Under the pieces are notes generated by a model, which did no database searches, had not been told where the DNA came from, and was given only the letters and a program-made list of their open reading frames with translations. A stretch of 47,648 nucleotides of DNA, counting the filler, from Okamejei kenojei (taxonomy: Eukaryota): assembly GCA_035221665.1 (NCBI GenBank). It is 3 parts of 3 records of this genome, joined end to end, with 100 filler letters (N's around TTAATTAATTAA, not from the genome) between each part and the next. Parts side by side here need not be neighbours in the genome. Positions count along the whole stretch, not along the records: positions 1 to 14,054 come from JAVHYY010000494.1; 2 more parts are not named here. The stretch is one strand, 5' to 3'. Position numbers and translations under genes: made by a program. Shown here one piece after another: positions 1-9,654 of the stretch (position 1 is the first letter of the stretch; every line of letters begins with the position of its first letter).

Positions 1-9
1 GCTACTGTT

Positions 10-585
10 TGGGGGCCTGTAGATTATCCCATGAGGGTCTTTTTACCCTTACAATTCCTTCGTTCTATCCATACAGACTCCACAACTCCTGTTTGAATGT
101 CACCCCTTGCAAGGGACTGAATTTCATTCCTCACCAACAGGGCAACCCCACCCCCTCTGCCCATCGTTCTGTCTTTTCGATAGGATGTGTAGCCTTGAAT
201 ATTCAGTTCCCATCCTTGGCCCTCTTACAGCCATGTCTCAGTAATTCCCACAACATCATACTTGCCAGTTTCTAACTGAGACACAAGCTCGTCCACTTTA
301 TTCCTTATGCTGTACTTCGCGCATTCATATACAGCACTTTTAACTCCATATTCACTCCCCCCTCGCACCATTCGCAATTGTCCATAACCTTACTCTGTTG
401 TCCATTCTCGAGCTTTCCTTCCCATTAATTCGAGAATCTTTTGCATTTTTTCCTGTAGCCACTTCCCCCTCAACTACATCTTTATAATCCCGATTTGTCA
501 ATCCCTCCCCCGAACGGTTTAGTTCAAACCCACACGTGTAGCCCTAGCAAACCTGCCTGCCAGAAGGTCGGCCCCCCTCCAGTTA
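10..585 (-). mobile_element. CR1-clade LINE fragment (ORF1 end and ORF2 APE endonuclease N-terminus)
   Basis: Minus strand translates to LYMNARS..IRNKVDELVSQLETGKYDVVGITETWL..GWELNIQGY..GVALLVRNEIQS..ESVWIE..KGKKTLMG, typical of the CR1 endonuclease; contains stops and frameshifts. Confidence 0.85.
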
Positions 586-949
586 AGTCGGTCCACTTAA
601 GTGTAGCTGGAATATTGTTGGCCGGTGTGGCGAGTTGGGCGGAAGGTCCTGATACCACACTGTATCACTCTATGACTCTGTGATTCCATGATGCTATGTA
701 CGGTAACAAATCAATTTCCGCATTTGCCTTTACGTTCTCCCGGAGGGCAAACATTTGAACACCTCTTCCCATTCCCATATAAACCCTTCTGCCGTTGTCC
801 TCCTCAACTGTTAGAGCGAGGCCACGTAATCAATGAAGCATGTCGTATGTCGCATATCTCCCTTTCTCTCACTCTCTCCCGCAACCTAGTCATCATACTA
901 GTTGTACTGCTCGCAAATTTGTAGTTGTTTGTTGCCACGTATTTCACAG

Positions 950-1062
950 CCAACTCAGGATACTGAGTTGGATGATCAGCCATGATCATATTGAATGGCG
1001 GTGCAGGCTCGAAGGGCCGAATGGCCTACTCCTGCACTTATTTTCTATGTTTCTCTGTTTCT
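950..1062 (+). mobile_element. CR1/HER1-type LINE 3' tail
   Basis: GATCAGCCATGATCATATTGAATGGCGGTGCAGGCTCGAAGGGCCGAATGGCCTACTCCTGC followed by TTTCTATG-type repeats, matching other CR1 3' ends in the window. Confidence 0.85.
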
Positions 1063-1924
1063 AACAATGGGCAATTATGGGCTAATTTATTTATTTGTTA
1101 TCGTCCCTGCCTTGTTCTGGCCCACTCTTGCTTCCAGTGGCCCTGCCCTATTTCGACGGAAGAGTGATCCTGACCAGACACGTTATCTATCCTTTTCCTC
1201 CAGAGATACTGCCTGCTGTTCATTTGCTGTTAAGCGACAGTAAGCCGCATAATGTTTCCCCGATACCACAAAATTGAGGCTGGTGGAAGGTTAACTTTGT
1301 ACCTACCCATTTCTCCCCTCACTCGCAATCTGCGAAGCAAATAAAATAATCTGTCAATTATGAATTAAAATGAAGATATCTTGTTCTAAAAAAATAATCA
1401 TCGCTCGTGCATTCTTATTAACAAACCACTTATTAATAAATTAAGTGATAATACACTCCTCCAGCTGTCCATATGTCAGCTCTGCCAACATTATCATGCA
1501 GCATCCCCTCACCGGGACATGTTTAGTCGTGGATTCCGTGAAATGTAAATCTGAGCGGAATTATTCTGTGATGGGGAAAATTGTGAACTATATTTCTCGC
1601 CATTTAGTTGGCACAATCGGAACGAACTGTCCCTTGTACGACCAGTGTGTTTATTTGAATGCAGCAGCCTCCATAGTGCAAATGGCTTGAATTCATTTGG
1701 TAAAGTCTTACCTTCTCCGCTGTTGTCCCCATTGAAAGTATGTTGCATGTCCCATCAATATTTTGTTGATTCTCCCGATCAACTCTACAAAGCCTTACTA
1801 TGTGGGATTTTTACAACTTGCTGATCTCTCGTGAAACGAATTTAGATGTTTATTTCCAGCTAAATAAAGGTAAAAATTGGTTGTATGAATCTTTTATATT
1901 TTTATTTCAGCTCCACGCTTATTC

Positions 1925-2760
1925 CAACGCTTTTTCGCGCAGGTCCGAGGGGGGTGGTTCACGTATCGATCGCATGTACATCTCCGGAGCTTATGTCCCC
2001 CGTGTCTCGTGGCCTCCTTGCGGCCGGTACCGTGCTCGGACCACTGTCTGGTGTGAGTGGACTTTATACTAGCGCGCACACCAGCTGGGTCAGCGTTATG
2101 GCACCTTAATAACCAGCTGCTGGAGGATAGCCGATTCCAAGAGTCATTCTGTCGGTTATGGGTGAAGTGACGAGAGAGGCGGAGGGGTATCCCTTCCCTT
2201 AGGCAGTGGTGGGGTGTGGGAAAGACTTACATCATTTGGTCAGGAGTTCACGTCGGGTTCGACCAGAAGGCGGGTCGCAGAGAATTAGTCAACACAGAGT
2301 CTCGCTTGGGTCGGATAGGTGAGCACTCCCGTGAGTGGGAAGAATATTATGAGAGAAAGGAGGCACGGAGGGACCTGCAGCTTCAGCGGTCCCGAGATGC
2401 TTACGTGAGGTCGCGGGTCCAGATGCTGCACGATCTACAGCGTGCATCACCTTTATTTTTCTCTCTGGAGAAATGGCTCCTCGCGGATGACGGCTCCTTT
2501 GTTAAAGATCCAGAGAAGATCAGTGCTTTAGTTCGGTCATTTTTTGGGTCTCTGTTCTCCTCAGATGGATTCAGCGGGAAGACAAGCTGGTCCAGTGGGA
2601 GGGTCTACTGACTGCAGATAGAGAGTTGTTTGAACTCGTTGATGACCACTTTTCATTGGAGGAGTTGCCTACATTGGAGGAGGGGCAAATCCCCAGCCGG
2701 TTTGGCAGACGGTAGAGTTTTCTGGATGTCCTGGGGGTGACTACATGAAGGTCCTTGGGG
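1925..2760 (+). mobile_element. Tx1/L1-clade LINE ORF2 fragment (degenerate)
   Basis: SRIDRMYISGAYV and AYVRSRVQMLHDLQRASPLFFSLEK motifs resemble Tx1-like ORF2; multiple frameshifts. Confidence 0.7.
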
Positions 2761-2811
2761 TGTGGGGGGGTGGGGGGGGGGGGGGGGGGGTGGAGCCTGG
2801 CGACCGGTGAT

Positions 2812-3078
2812 CTATGGAGAGAAGGAATAGGTGACGTTTCGGGTCGAGGCCCTTCTGCAGACTGATGTGGGGTTGGGGGGCTGGATGAAAAAGGGAAGAG
2901 GCGGAGACAGTGGGCTATGGGAGAGCTGGGAAGGGGAGGGGATGTAGGGAGAAAGCAAGGACTACCTGAAATTGGAGAAGTCAATGTTCATACCGCAGGG
3001 GTGTAAACTACCCAAGCAAAATATGAGGTGCCAATTTGCGGTGGGCCTCACTGTGTTCTGGGCCTCCTCCATGGCCAG
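2812..3078 (-). mobile_element. Penelope-like element 3' fragment (GIY-YIG end and pLTR with hammerhead-like core)
   Basis: Minus strand encodes HLIFCLGSLHPCGMNIDFSNF, paralogous to the end of ORF 14712-15410, followed by CTGCAGAAGGGCCTCGACCCGAAACGTC. Confidence 0.8.
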
Positions 3079-3505
3079 AATGAGTTATGTAGGTTAAGGA
3101 TATGTAGTTTCCATCATGTCCAGTGGTCCGGATTCGATTTCCGTTCAGTGAAGGGGGAGATTTTATTTTCTCCAGTGCGGAACTGAGCAGCTCCCAACTT
3201 CTTCACATTGTGCACCCCCACCAGCACGTAAATAGTGGGCAGTTCATCAGTCTTTGTACTAGTACGTCTGCTGCTGCTTCGTAAAGTACACTGATACAAA
3301 TTGGCAACAGTAGATGAATGAGATTTTAAAACAGTTTTAGTCTGTGCTTGTTTGTGTTGCGCTCGTGTGTATGTAAAATTGTGAGAATAATAATCGGCGG
3401 CTGATGTTTACCTGGCCACTGACGTCTACTGAGATATTTAAAGCCAGGGCCGATTTTCCATTTCAGCTCCATTTCCGCCTATTATCCCCATATATATATA
3501 TCGGT

Positions 3506-3752
3506 NNNNNNNNNNNNNNNNNNNNNNNNNNNNNNNNNNNNNNNNNNNNNNNNNNNNNNNNNNNNNNNNNNNNNNNNNNNNNNNNNNNNNNNNNNNNNNN
3601 NNNNNNNNNNNNNNNNNNNNNNNNNNNNNNNNNNNNNNNNNNNNNNNNNNNNNNNNNNNNNNNNNNNNNNNNNNNNNNNNNNNNNNNNNNNNNNNNNNNN
3701 NNNNNNNNNNNNNNNNNNNNNNNNNNNNNNNNNNNNNNNNNNNNNNNNNNNN
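3506..3752. other. Assembly gap (247 N)
   Basis: Run of N with no linker sequence. Confidence 1.
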
Positions 3753-3891
3753 TGCTTCTGTCATTTATCTTTGTAATCTTTCTATTTTTTTCCTTCCCAC
3801 GCAACGTGTAGTCAATCCACACTAGACTGGGGTTCTCGGATTGCGCCGCAGATGTTCTGCTGTGCTGTGTGTCTGCATTCTGCCACGCTGA

Positions 3892-3930
3892 GGTTTTGGT
3901 ACAGCTATCTCACTGCGCGGTGTCACTGTG
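3892..3930 (-). promoter_or_regulatory. 23-RSS of the supporting TCR-delta V
   Basis: Minus strand: CACAGTG (3930-3924) + 23-nt spacer + ACCAAAACC (3900-3892, 8/9 match to consensus). Confidence 0.95.
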
Positions 3931-4236
3931 CGATGCGCGGACTCATCCCACAGTAATACACAGCCTGGTCGCTCGGCAGTACTTCAGATAGCGTTAACCG
4001 ACTGATTTTCTGGCCAGGATCGAGAGAACCAGTAATACGACCTTCGGCAGCCTCTTCCTTATCTGGCTTTCCTGAAGTGTGTCTTCGGAGCAGGAATTCC
4101 ACAGATTGCCCTGGGAACTGTCGGTACCAGTGTACTGTGTAGGAGCAAATTCCGGAATATACGCAGTTAAGAGTAACAGTGTCACCAGAAAGAGAGGTTT
4201 GTTGAGGCGGACTCTGGGATCCCGCGGAAATGGAAT
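3931..4236 (-). CDS. TRDV: TCR-delta V segment, leaderless NAR-TCR supporting type
   Basis: Acceptor ttttctgcag, then an open V exon DSISAGSQSPPQQ..VTLNCVYSGICSYTVHWYRQFPG..DQAVYYCGMS ending at a 23-RSS; extra Cys in CDR1; no leader exon found upstream; phase-1 acceptor matches the J donor at 7966. Confidence 0.92.
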
Positions 4237-4404
4237 CTGCAGAAAATAGCAGAATTGTTATTGTTTTAACATTGACTGTTGGAGACTGTGACATGCGCAG
4301 AAAGGGATTGCCGTCTCCAGTAGTTCATCACATTTTTGAAAAATGTATGGAAACATTATTTATGAATCTTGTAATTGTTCCTACCAGGAGTTGAATTTAA
4401 ATTT

Positions 4405-4768
4405 CGTTTAGGTTAGTTTACTTTAGTTCCATTTACTTTAATTTAGTTCAGTTTAATTTTGTTTAATTTAGGGACACAGCGCGGAAACGGGCCCTTCGGC
4501 CCACCTTCCGCACCGCCCTGCAATTCCAGCACATTAAAACTACCCCACACACACGATGGATAATGAACATTTATGGATAGTCAATTACCCTTTTAAACTG
4601 TCCGTATTTGGAGTGTGAGAAGAAACCCTAGATCTCAGAGAAAACCCACGCAGATTATGGGCAGAACACATAAACTCCGTAGAGACATCACCCGGAGTCG
4701 GGATCGAACTCGGGTCTCAGGTGCTAACAGCGCTGTCGGGAAGCAGGACTACCGTTGCGCCGCCGTGG
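4405..4768 (-). mobile_element. tRNA-derived SINE (HE1/V-SINE-like)
   Basis: Minus-strand A-box-like GGCGCAACGG and B box AGTTCGATCC; body similar to 36165-36464; (TTTAG)n-type tail. Confidence 0.8.
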
Positions 4769-5784
4769 TGAAATTCACTGACGAATATTCGCGAGGTCAA
4801 ACTCTGATTATGAAAGGGAAATTGGAAACATCCCACGCTGTGTGAACAGCCAAAGCGAGCACGGAATAATAGTGGAGCTGATTCAGAGAGTAGGTATCCG
4901 GTGAATGAGCCAAATTACCTTACCCGCTTTTCTAACATTTTTTAATTGGTTCTTCGCGTTAAAACAATAGAACGAGTCATTCTCCTCACAGCTTGACTGA
5001 AGTGTATCCCTTCCTAGGTATGGTTAAGGATTCAACAGTGATGTAATTGGCATTTCAGGCATAAGATCATGTGATAGAAGTATATTAGGCCATTCGGCCC
5101 ATGAAGCCTACTCCGCCATTGAATGATGGTGAACTATCTCGCCTTGCGAACCCAATTCCCCTGCATTCTCCACAATAACAATAACGTCTGACGCCTCGAT
5201 TAATCAAAAATCTATGAATCGCTGCCTTATTTTCCCCCTGACTTGGTCTGCACAGCCTTCTGTGTTTAACAACTGGAAGGTCATCTTTAGAGTGCAATTT
5301 GCTCAACTGAGATAAATGCTTTGCCCTCTATGTATTCAGCGTTGTTTTTTCTTCACTGGGCCTCGTCCTTCTACGTTTTACTTTAATTTAACTGAAAAAC
5401 ATTTTTAGTTTTCAATCTTGGTCGCCCGCTTTGTGCTGCTTGCGGTTCATATTTTCCCCTTCGAGATCAGTTTCAACAGTTCTGACAGCTGTCGTTTGAT
5501 TTCAGTTTGTGGAATGTTTACAGTGTGTCCAGCTTCACTCGCAGTCCATCTACCGTCCTGCCAACGTCCCTCTGTTTCCTCGAAATAAGAAATAGATTGT
5601 TTCCCAGGCTTTCACATGCAGGGGGTGTGGATCAATTCCATTAATTGTATGGGAAAGTTTATAAGCCCGTTGTAATGATAAGGCGCTTAGCAAGACTTCA
5701 ATAGTTCGTAAGATTTTAGAGACAATTAGCAAACATGAGGTTCCAGTTACTTTGAAGCAAATGATAAATCGGCGAAGTCAGCAA

Positions 5785-5817
<33 letters not shown>

Positions 5818-5839
5818 CTCTTGCCTGACACATCTGTTG

Positions 5840-6540
5840 ACATTCTTTGTGAACGTAACAAGCAGGATGGAGAAAGGAAAGTCAGAAATACTGCTTCCTT
5901 ACAATTTTCTGATGTGTATTAAATGGTGTAGGACGCGAAGCGGGTAATTAAGAATGGGGTATTAGTGTTAGAGTTAAGCATACAGTGTGGATGAGGATAG
6001 GCTGTCCGTATCAGGTCAAAATGTTAGAATAAAGGTGATCTATTCCGCTTGCTGCCTTTGACTAATGGGTCAATGTTGGGTTCACTACTTTTCCCGTTGT
6101 ATGTTTACGATCTGGATGATGGAATTGATGGCTTTGCGGCTGATATCGCGGATGATGCCAAAAAATAGGTGAAGGGGCAGGTAATGTTGAGTAAACACGG
6201 AGTCTTCAGAGTTACTTAAACAGGTTGGAAGAGGGGGCAAGTGAGTGGCAGATGGAATACCACATAGCACACTATACGGGCATGCACTTTGGTACGGGAA
6301 TTCCAAAATGTGAATTTGCAGAGTGAAGCGTCTTGAGGGATACAAATTAAATTTTAGCATTCATTTCGAAGTTGACTAGAATATGAAAACAGGGTTCTAA
6401 TGTAAATAGTAAAAAAACATTTTTTTAGGCACTGATTTCATCACATTTGGAATAACGCGAGCAGTTTTGGGTCTCGTATCTGAGGAAACGATATTGTGGC
6501 TTTGGAGGTTACCAAACGGAGGTTTTCGCGAATTATTTGG
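5840..6540 (+). mobile_element. Degenerate CR1 LINE RT fragment
   Basis: DLDDGIDGFAADIADDAK (FADD motif region), WQMEY and other CR1 RT remnants. Confidence 0.75.
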
Positions 6541-7009
6541 GGGATCATTCAGTCGCGCATAATAAGTGTTTTCTAACTCCAAGCCTACACACGCTGGACT
6601 TGAGAAGGATAAGTTCTGATCAATCTGATCACTCTGATTGACATTTGAGCAGCATTGCCATTGGCATTTCGTCCTCACGCTCCAAACTCGGATACCTTCC
6701 CACTTTTCGCTGAATTTGACCCTTGCTATATATCACAGTCTTCACCCAAGCACGTTTCATTTTCACTTCCAACGGCGGATTTCAATTTCCACGACGGGCA
6801 AATGCCCTAACTCTGCCTCTATGCATTACGGTCTTTGTCGTTGTTTTGGATGTGGGCATAGCTGTTAAGGCCAACAGTCATTTACCATTAGAATCAAAAA
6901 TAACGAATTCAGGGTGTTCAAATGTAATCTGTTCCGACAACGGAACAGTGACATTCTTACTTGTAGATGCACACAGGCCTAGAAAAGCAATATGCTTTAT
7001 CAGATAACA

Positions 7010-7398
7010 GCATCATAGAGTCATGGAGCGATATAACGCGGAAACAGGCTAATGAGCTCACGTTCCCGACAGCGGCCACATGTCACAGCTACGTTAGTGC
7101 CAGCTATCCGCATTTGTTCGAAATCCATATAATCCTGTCCTGTCCATGTACTTGTCTAACTGATTCTTGGTGGGATAGTGCTAGTTTCAATTATGTACTT
7201 TGGCAACTTGTTCTGTACACCCACTACCCTCCGTGTGAAAACGTTACCCCTCACATCCCAGTAAATCTTCCCCTTAAGCTTAAACCCTGTGTGCTCGGTC
7301 CTCGACTCACCAACTCTGCACAAGAGATTCTGCGTATCTACCCGATCCATTCGTTCCATGATGTTATACACTTCCATAAGATCACCCCAGTCCTCTCA
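7010..7398 (-). mobile_element. CR1 LINE 3' fragment
   Basis: EVYNIMERMDRVD..RGNVFTRRVVGVQNKLP, the CR1 ORF2 C-terminus. Confidence 0.75.
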
Positions 7399-7965
7399 TA
7401 AAATATGATACAAAAATAACTCAATAATTTAATGGCCGCAATCCTAGAGCCACAAAAAACATCCTTTGTTTAACCAGAGACAATTATGAAAAGTTTATGA
7501 TCACAAAGTGCTGCAGTAACTTGTCGACAAGAGGGTGAATTCACATAGCGTTTTGGAGCAAGCCGGCGGTTTGGTGGTAGCATTAACTGCGCTGTTCAGG
7601 CAGCATTTCAGGAGAACATTGATAGCCGACATTTGGCATCCAGACTTCAGATTCCCATTTCAGCGTCCGCATTTTCATGTGTCTGCATAGAAATTCATAG
7701 CTGCGGTTTGCACTGTGTGGTGTTCCGACTCTAATTGTTTTGGGGAAGAAGTACTGTTGAAACGTGATTAACTTTGTGATCCGGGGAGCCCACATATCCT
7801 CTCATTTGACTCACGCGTACCGTACATCTGTACCAAGTTGCTGGAACCTTTATCAATAGAATATGTTTTAATTGGAAAACCAATTGATGCCCCATGATCC
7901 AATATTAAAGGAAAATGGAATATTTCCAAGAACTGACGTGGATAAGAGAGGTTTAGGGTACTTAC

Positions 7966-8023
7966 CGGCTGTGACAGTCACCGTAGTCCCCGTCCCATCC
8001 TGATAGTGGGTGTCCCAAGAAGC
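7966..8023 (-). CDS. NAR-TCR J segment
   Basis: ASWDTHYQDGTGTTVTVTA then G|gtaag donor; DGxGT motif is NAR-like rather than FGxG/WGxG; preceded by an RSS. Confidence 0.92.
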
Positions 8024-8062
8024 CACAGTGCCCCGTATCTCGATGCTCGCTGAACAAGAACA
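8024..8062 (-). promoter_or_regulatory. 23-RSS 5' of J
   Basis: Plus strand: CACAGTG (8024-8030) + 23 nt + ACAAGAACA (8054-8062). Confidence 0.88.
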
Positions 8063-8369
8063 GTTCTCACCTCGATTTGCCCGGCAAACATAAGCATCGC
8101 TGTCCAATTAATCCAGGAGTTTCAGACCAAGCAGTAATTGTCCCTTGCTCCCCAATCCTCGGTGGGGGTCGACTGGTTCCCCTAAGAAACAGAGCTAAGA
8201 GCAGAGTGATCCCCACTGGTGTGCTTTGGACAAACATGGAACCAATTATTATGGAATGTTAACGGAATGTGGTCATCCCTATGCAATTTAATGGAACAAC
8301 AGCGTCACGAACAACAATCCTTTGATTTAGGTTCCGGAACCCAAGAACATATATCTTGAATGGGGTGAG

Positions 8370-8440
8370 TTTTTTTATTCGACTCTCCTACACTGTGGAT
8401 ATTCCATTGTCACACGTTGTTTCACGTCACTTTCAAATCC
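8370..8440 (-). other. NAR-TCR D segment (8398-8412, TGACAATGGAATATC) flanked by two 12-RSSs
   Basis: Minus strand: GGATTTGAA-12 nt-CAACGTG | D | CACAGTG-12 nt-ATAAAAAAA; lies between V and J. Confidence 0.8.
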
Positions 8441-8772
8441 CCAGGGCGCCCGGCGAGACGGGTTGTGAGCAGGAGATTAACGTCCAGCGAATGCATTTTT
8501 CAGATTGCAGCTTCTGTAACTGGACCTCGTCTGGAGTTGTGCATCAGAAGATATGTAAGTCATTCTCCATGGAAGTTCATTAACACCAGCTTCGGGAAAA
8601 GGGGACATTATCCAGCCGCACTCGCCAAATAGACAAACCCCATTGTTTGAATAGCACGCATTTCATCCAGTGCAACATGTAATGCAGGGCAGGCGGGATA
8701 AAGCGGGACCGTGGGTTTTCGCGGTGGATTCACCTCGCGTCTTTACGTTGCTACTAGTATCTGCCGTCAGGG

Positions 8773-8810
8773 TTTTTTTGTATTGCTGGAACCGCAGGCC
8801 CATCACTGTG
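8773..8810 (-). promoter_or_regulatory. 22/23-RSS of the NAR-TCR V
   Basis: Minus strand: CACAGTG (8810-8804) + 22 nt + ACAAAAAAA. Confidence 0.9.
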
Positions 8811-9104
8811 CTTTCTCCACCTGTACTCAGCTTTACAGTAATATGTGGCCATGTCCTCAACTCTCAAATCAAGAATTTTCAACGTAAAGTACTTTTTCGC
8901 TTTATTGGTCGACACAACAACCCGTCCATCTGTTTTGATCCGCTGCCAATAAGCACTGGATTTGTGCTTGCTTGAAGAAATGTCCTGCATCAAATTCGTA
9001 GCTACCCCAGGAACCTTCTTGGAAAAGGCAGGTGATTGTGACAGGTTGGCACTCTTTTCCAGTCACCGCATTCGGGCTCTGAGTCACTGACTGACTGAAG
9101 GTGT
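8811..9104 (-). pseudogene. NAR-TCR V exon (IgNAR-like V) with a single 1-nt frameshift (pseudogene or sequencing error)
   Basis: QSVTQSPNAVTGKECQPVTITCLFQEGSWGSYEFDAGHFFKQAQ / SSAYWQRIKTDGRVVVSTNKAKKYFTLKILDLRVEDMATYYCKAEYRWRK; short FR2 lacking CDR2, YYCKA end, extra FR1 Cys; frame break at the A3 run (8961-8963). Confidence 0.88.
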
Positions 9105-9259
9105 CTGTAGATTAAACACAGGGAGAGGTGAGTGGGAATTCGAGGCGAACCACGGCAGAAGGATAAAATTGCGGTCAGTGTTTGAAATTCAGGTCGGAGT
9201 GCACTCGAGTTGTTTTATGTTCAACCCGCACTGTGTGGGGGTCGGGGACCGGTACTCAC

Positions 9260-9302
9260 GGCGTAAGCAGAGTGACAATACAAAAAAAATGAGCATTCCC
9301 AT
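9260..9302 (-). CDS. Leader exon of the NAR-TCR V
   Basis: ATG..MGMLIFFVLSLCLR + C|gtgagt; phase 1 joins the acceptor at 9104 to give H-TFS-QSVTQ; CRE-like GGTGACGTG about 50 nt upstream. Confidence 0.88.
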
Positions 9303-9654
9303 CACGCCTCTCCGGGAAAAAATGGTTAACGTGACGAGAGGATGGAGCACACGTCACCCGACAGATCCTGCAGCCTATCCCGGAGAAACTGAGCGGGGAA
9401 TCTCAGCTGTCCTTTTCGTTTCGGTTGCGGGCGCTGTTCTGGGGAATTTTTGAAAATCGATGTGCGAGGAGATGGAGAGCTTGAGAAGGGGATTGTTAAA
9501 TCTGCTGGTTTGTTTGGTGGCCTGTAATGTGCTGTGAAGCATCTGATGTGGCTCTGACGTTTCTCTGACGTTCAGTGGACCATTTGAATCATTCAGTCAT
9601 CTGAACATATGGGGTAGGGGCAGTAGATCGGGTTGAACGCACAGTCCCAGCTCC

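Noticed and set aside
1445-1760. Possible J or V remnant (GTAAG donor near 1708)
   Set aside because: No GxG motif, no RSS and no Ig-fold cysteine/tryptophan pattern
3404-3822. ORFs spanning the N gap
   Set aside because: Open only because N codons contain no stops
4237-4960. Leader exon for the V-delta, including the ATG at 4294 in the ORF track
   Set aside because: No hydrophobic ATG-initiated exon with a phase-1 donor; the ATG at 4294 is intronic read-through upstream of a clear acceptor
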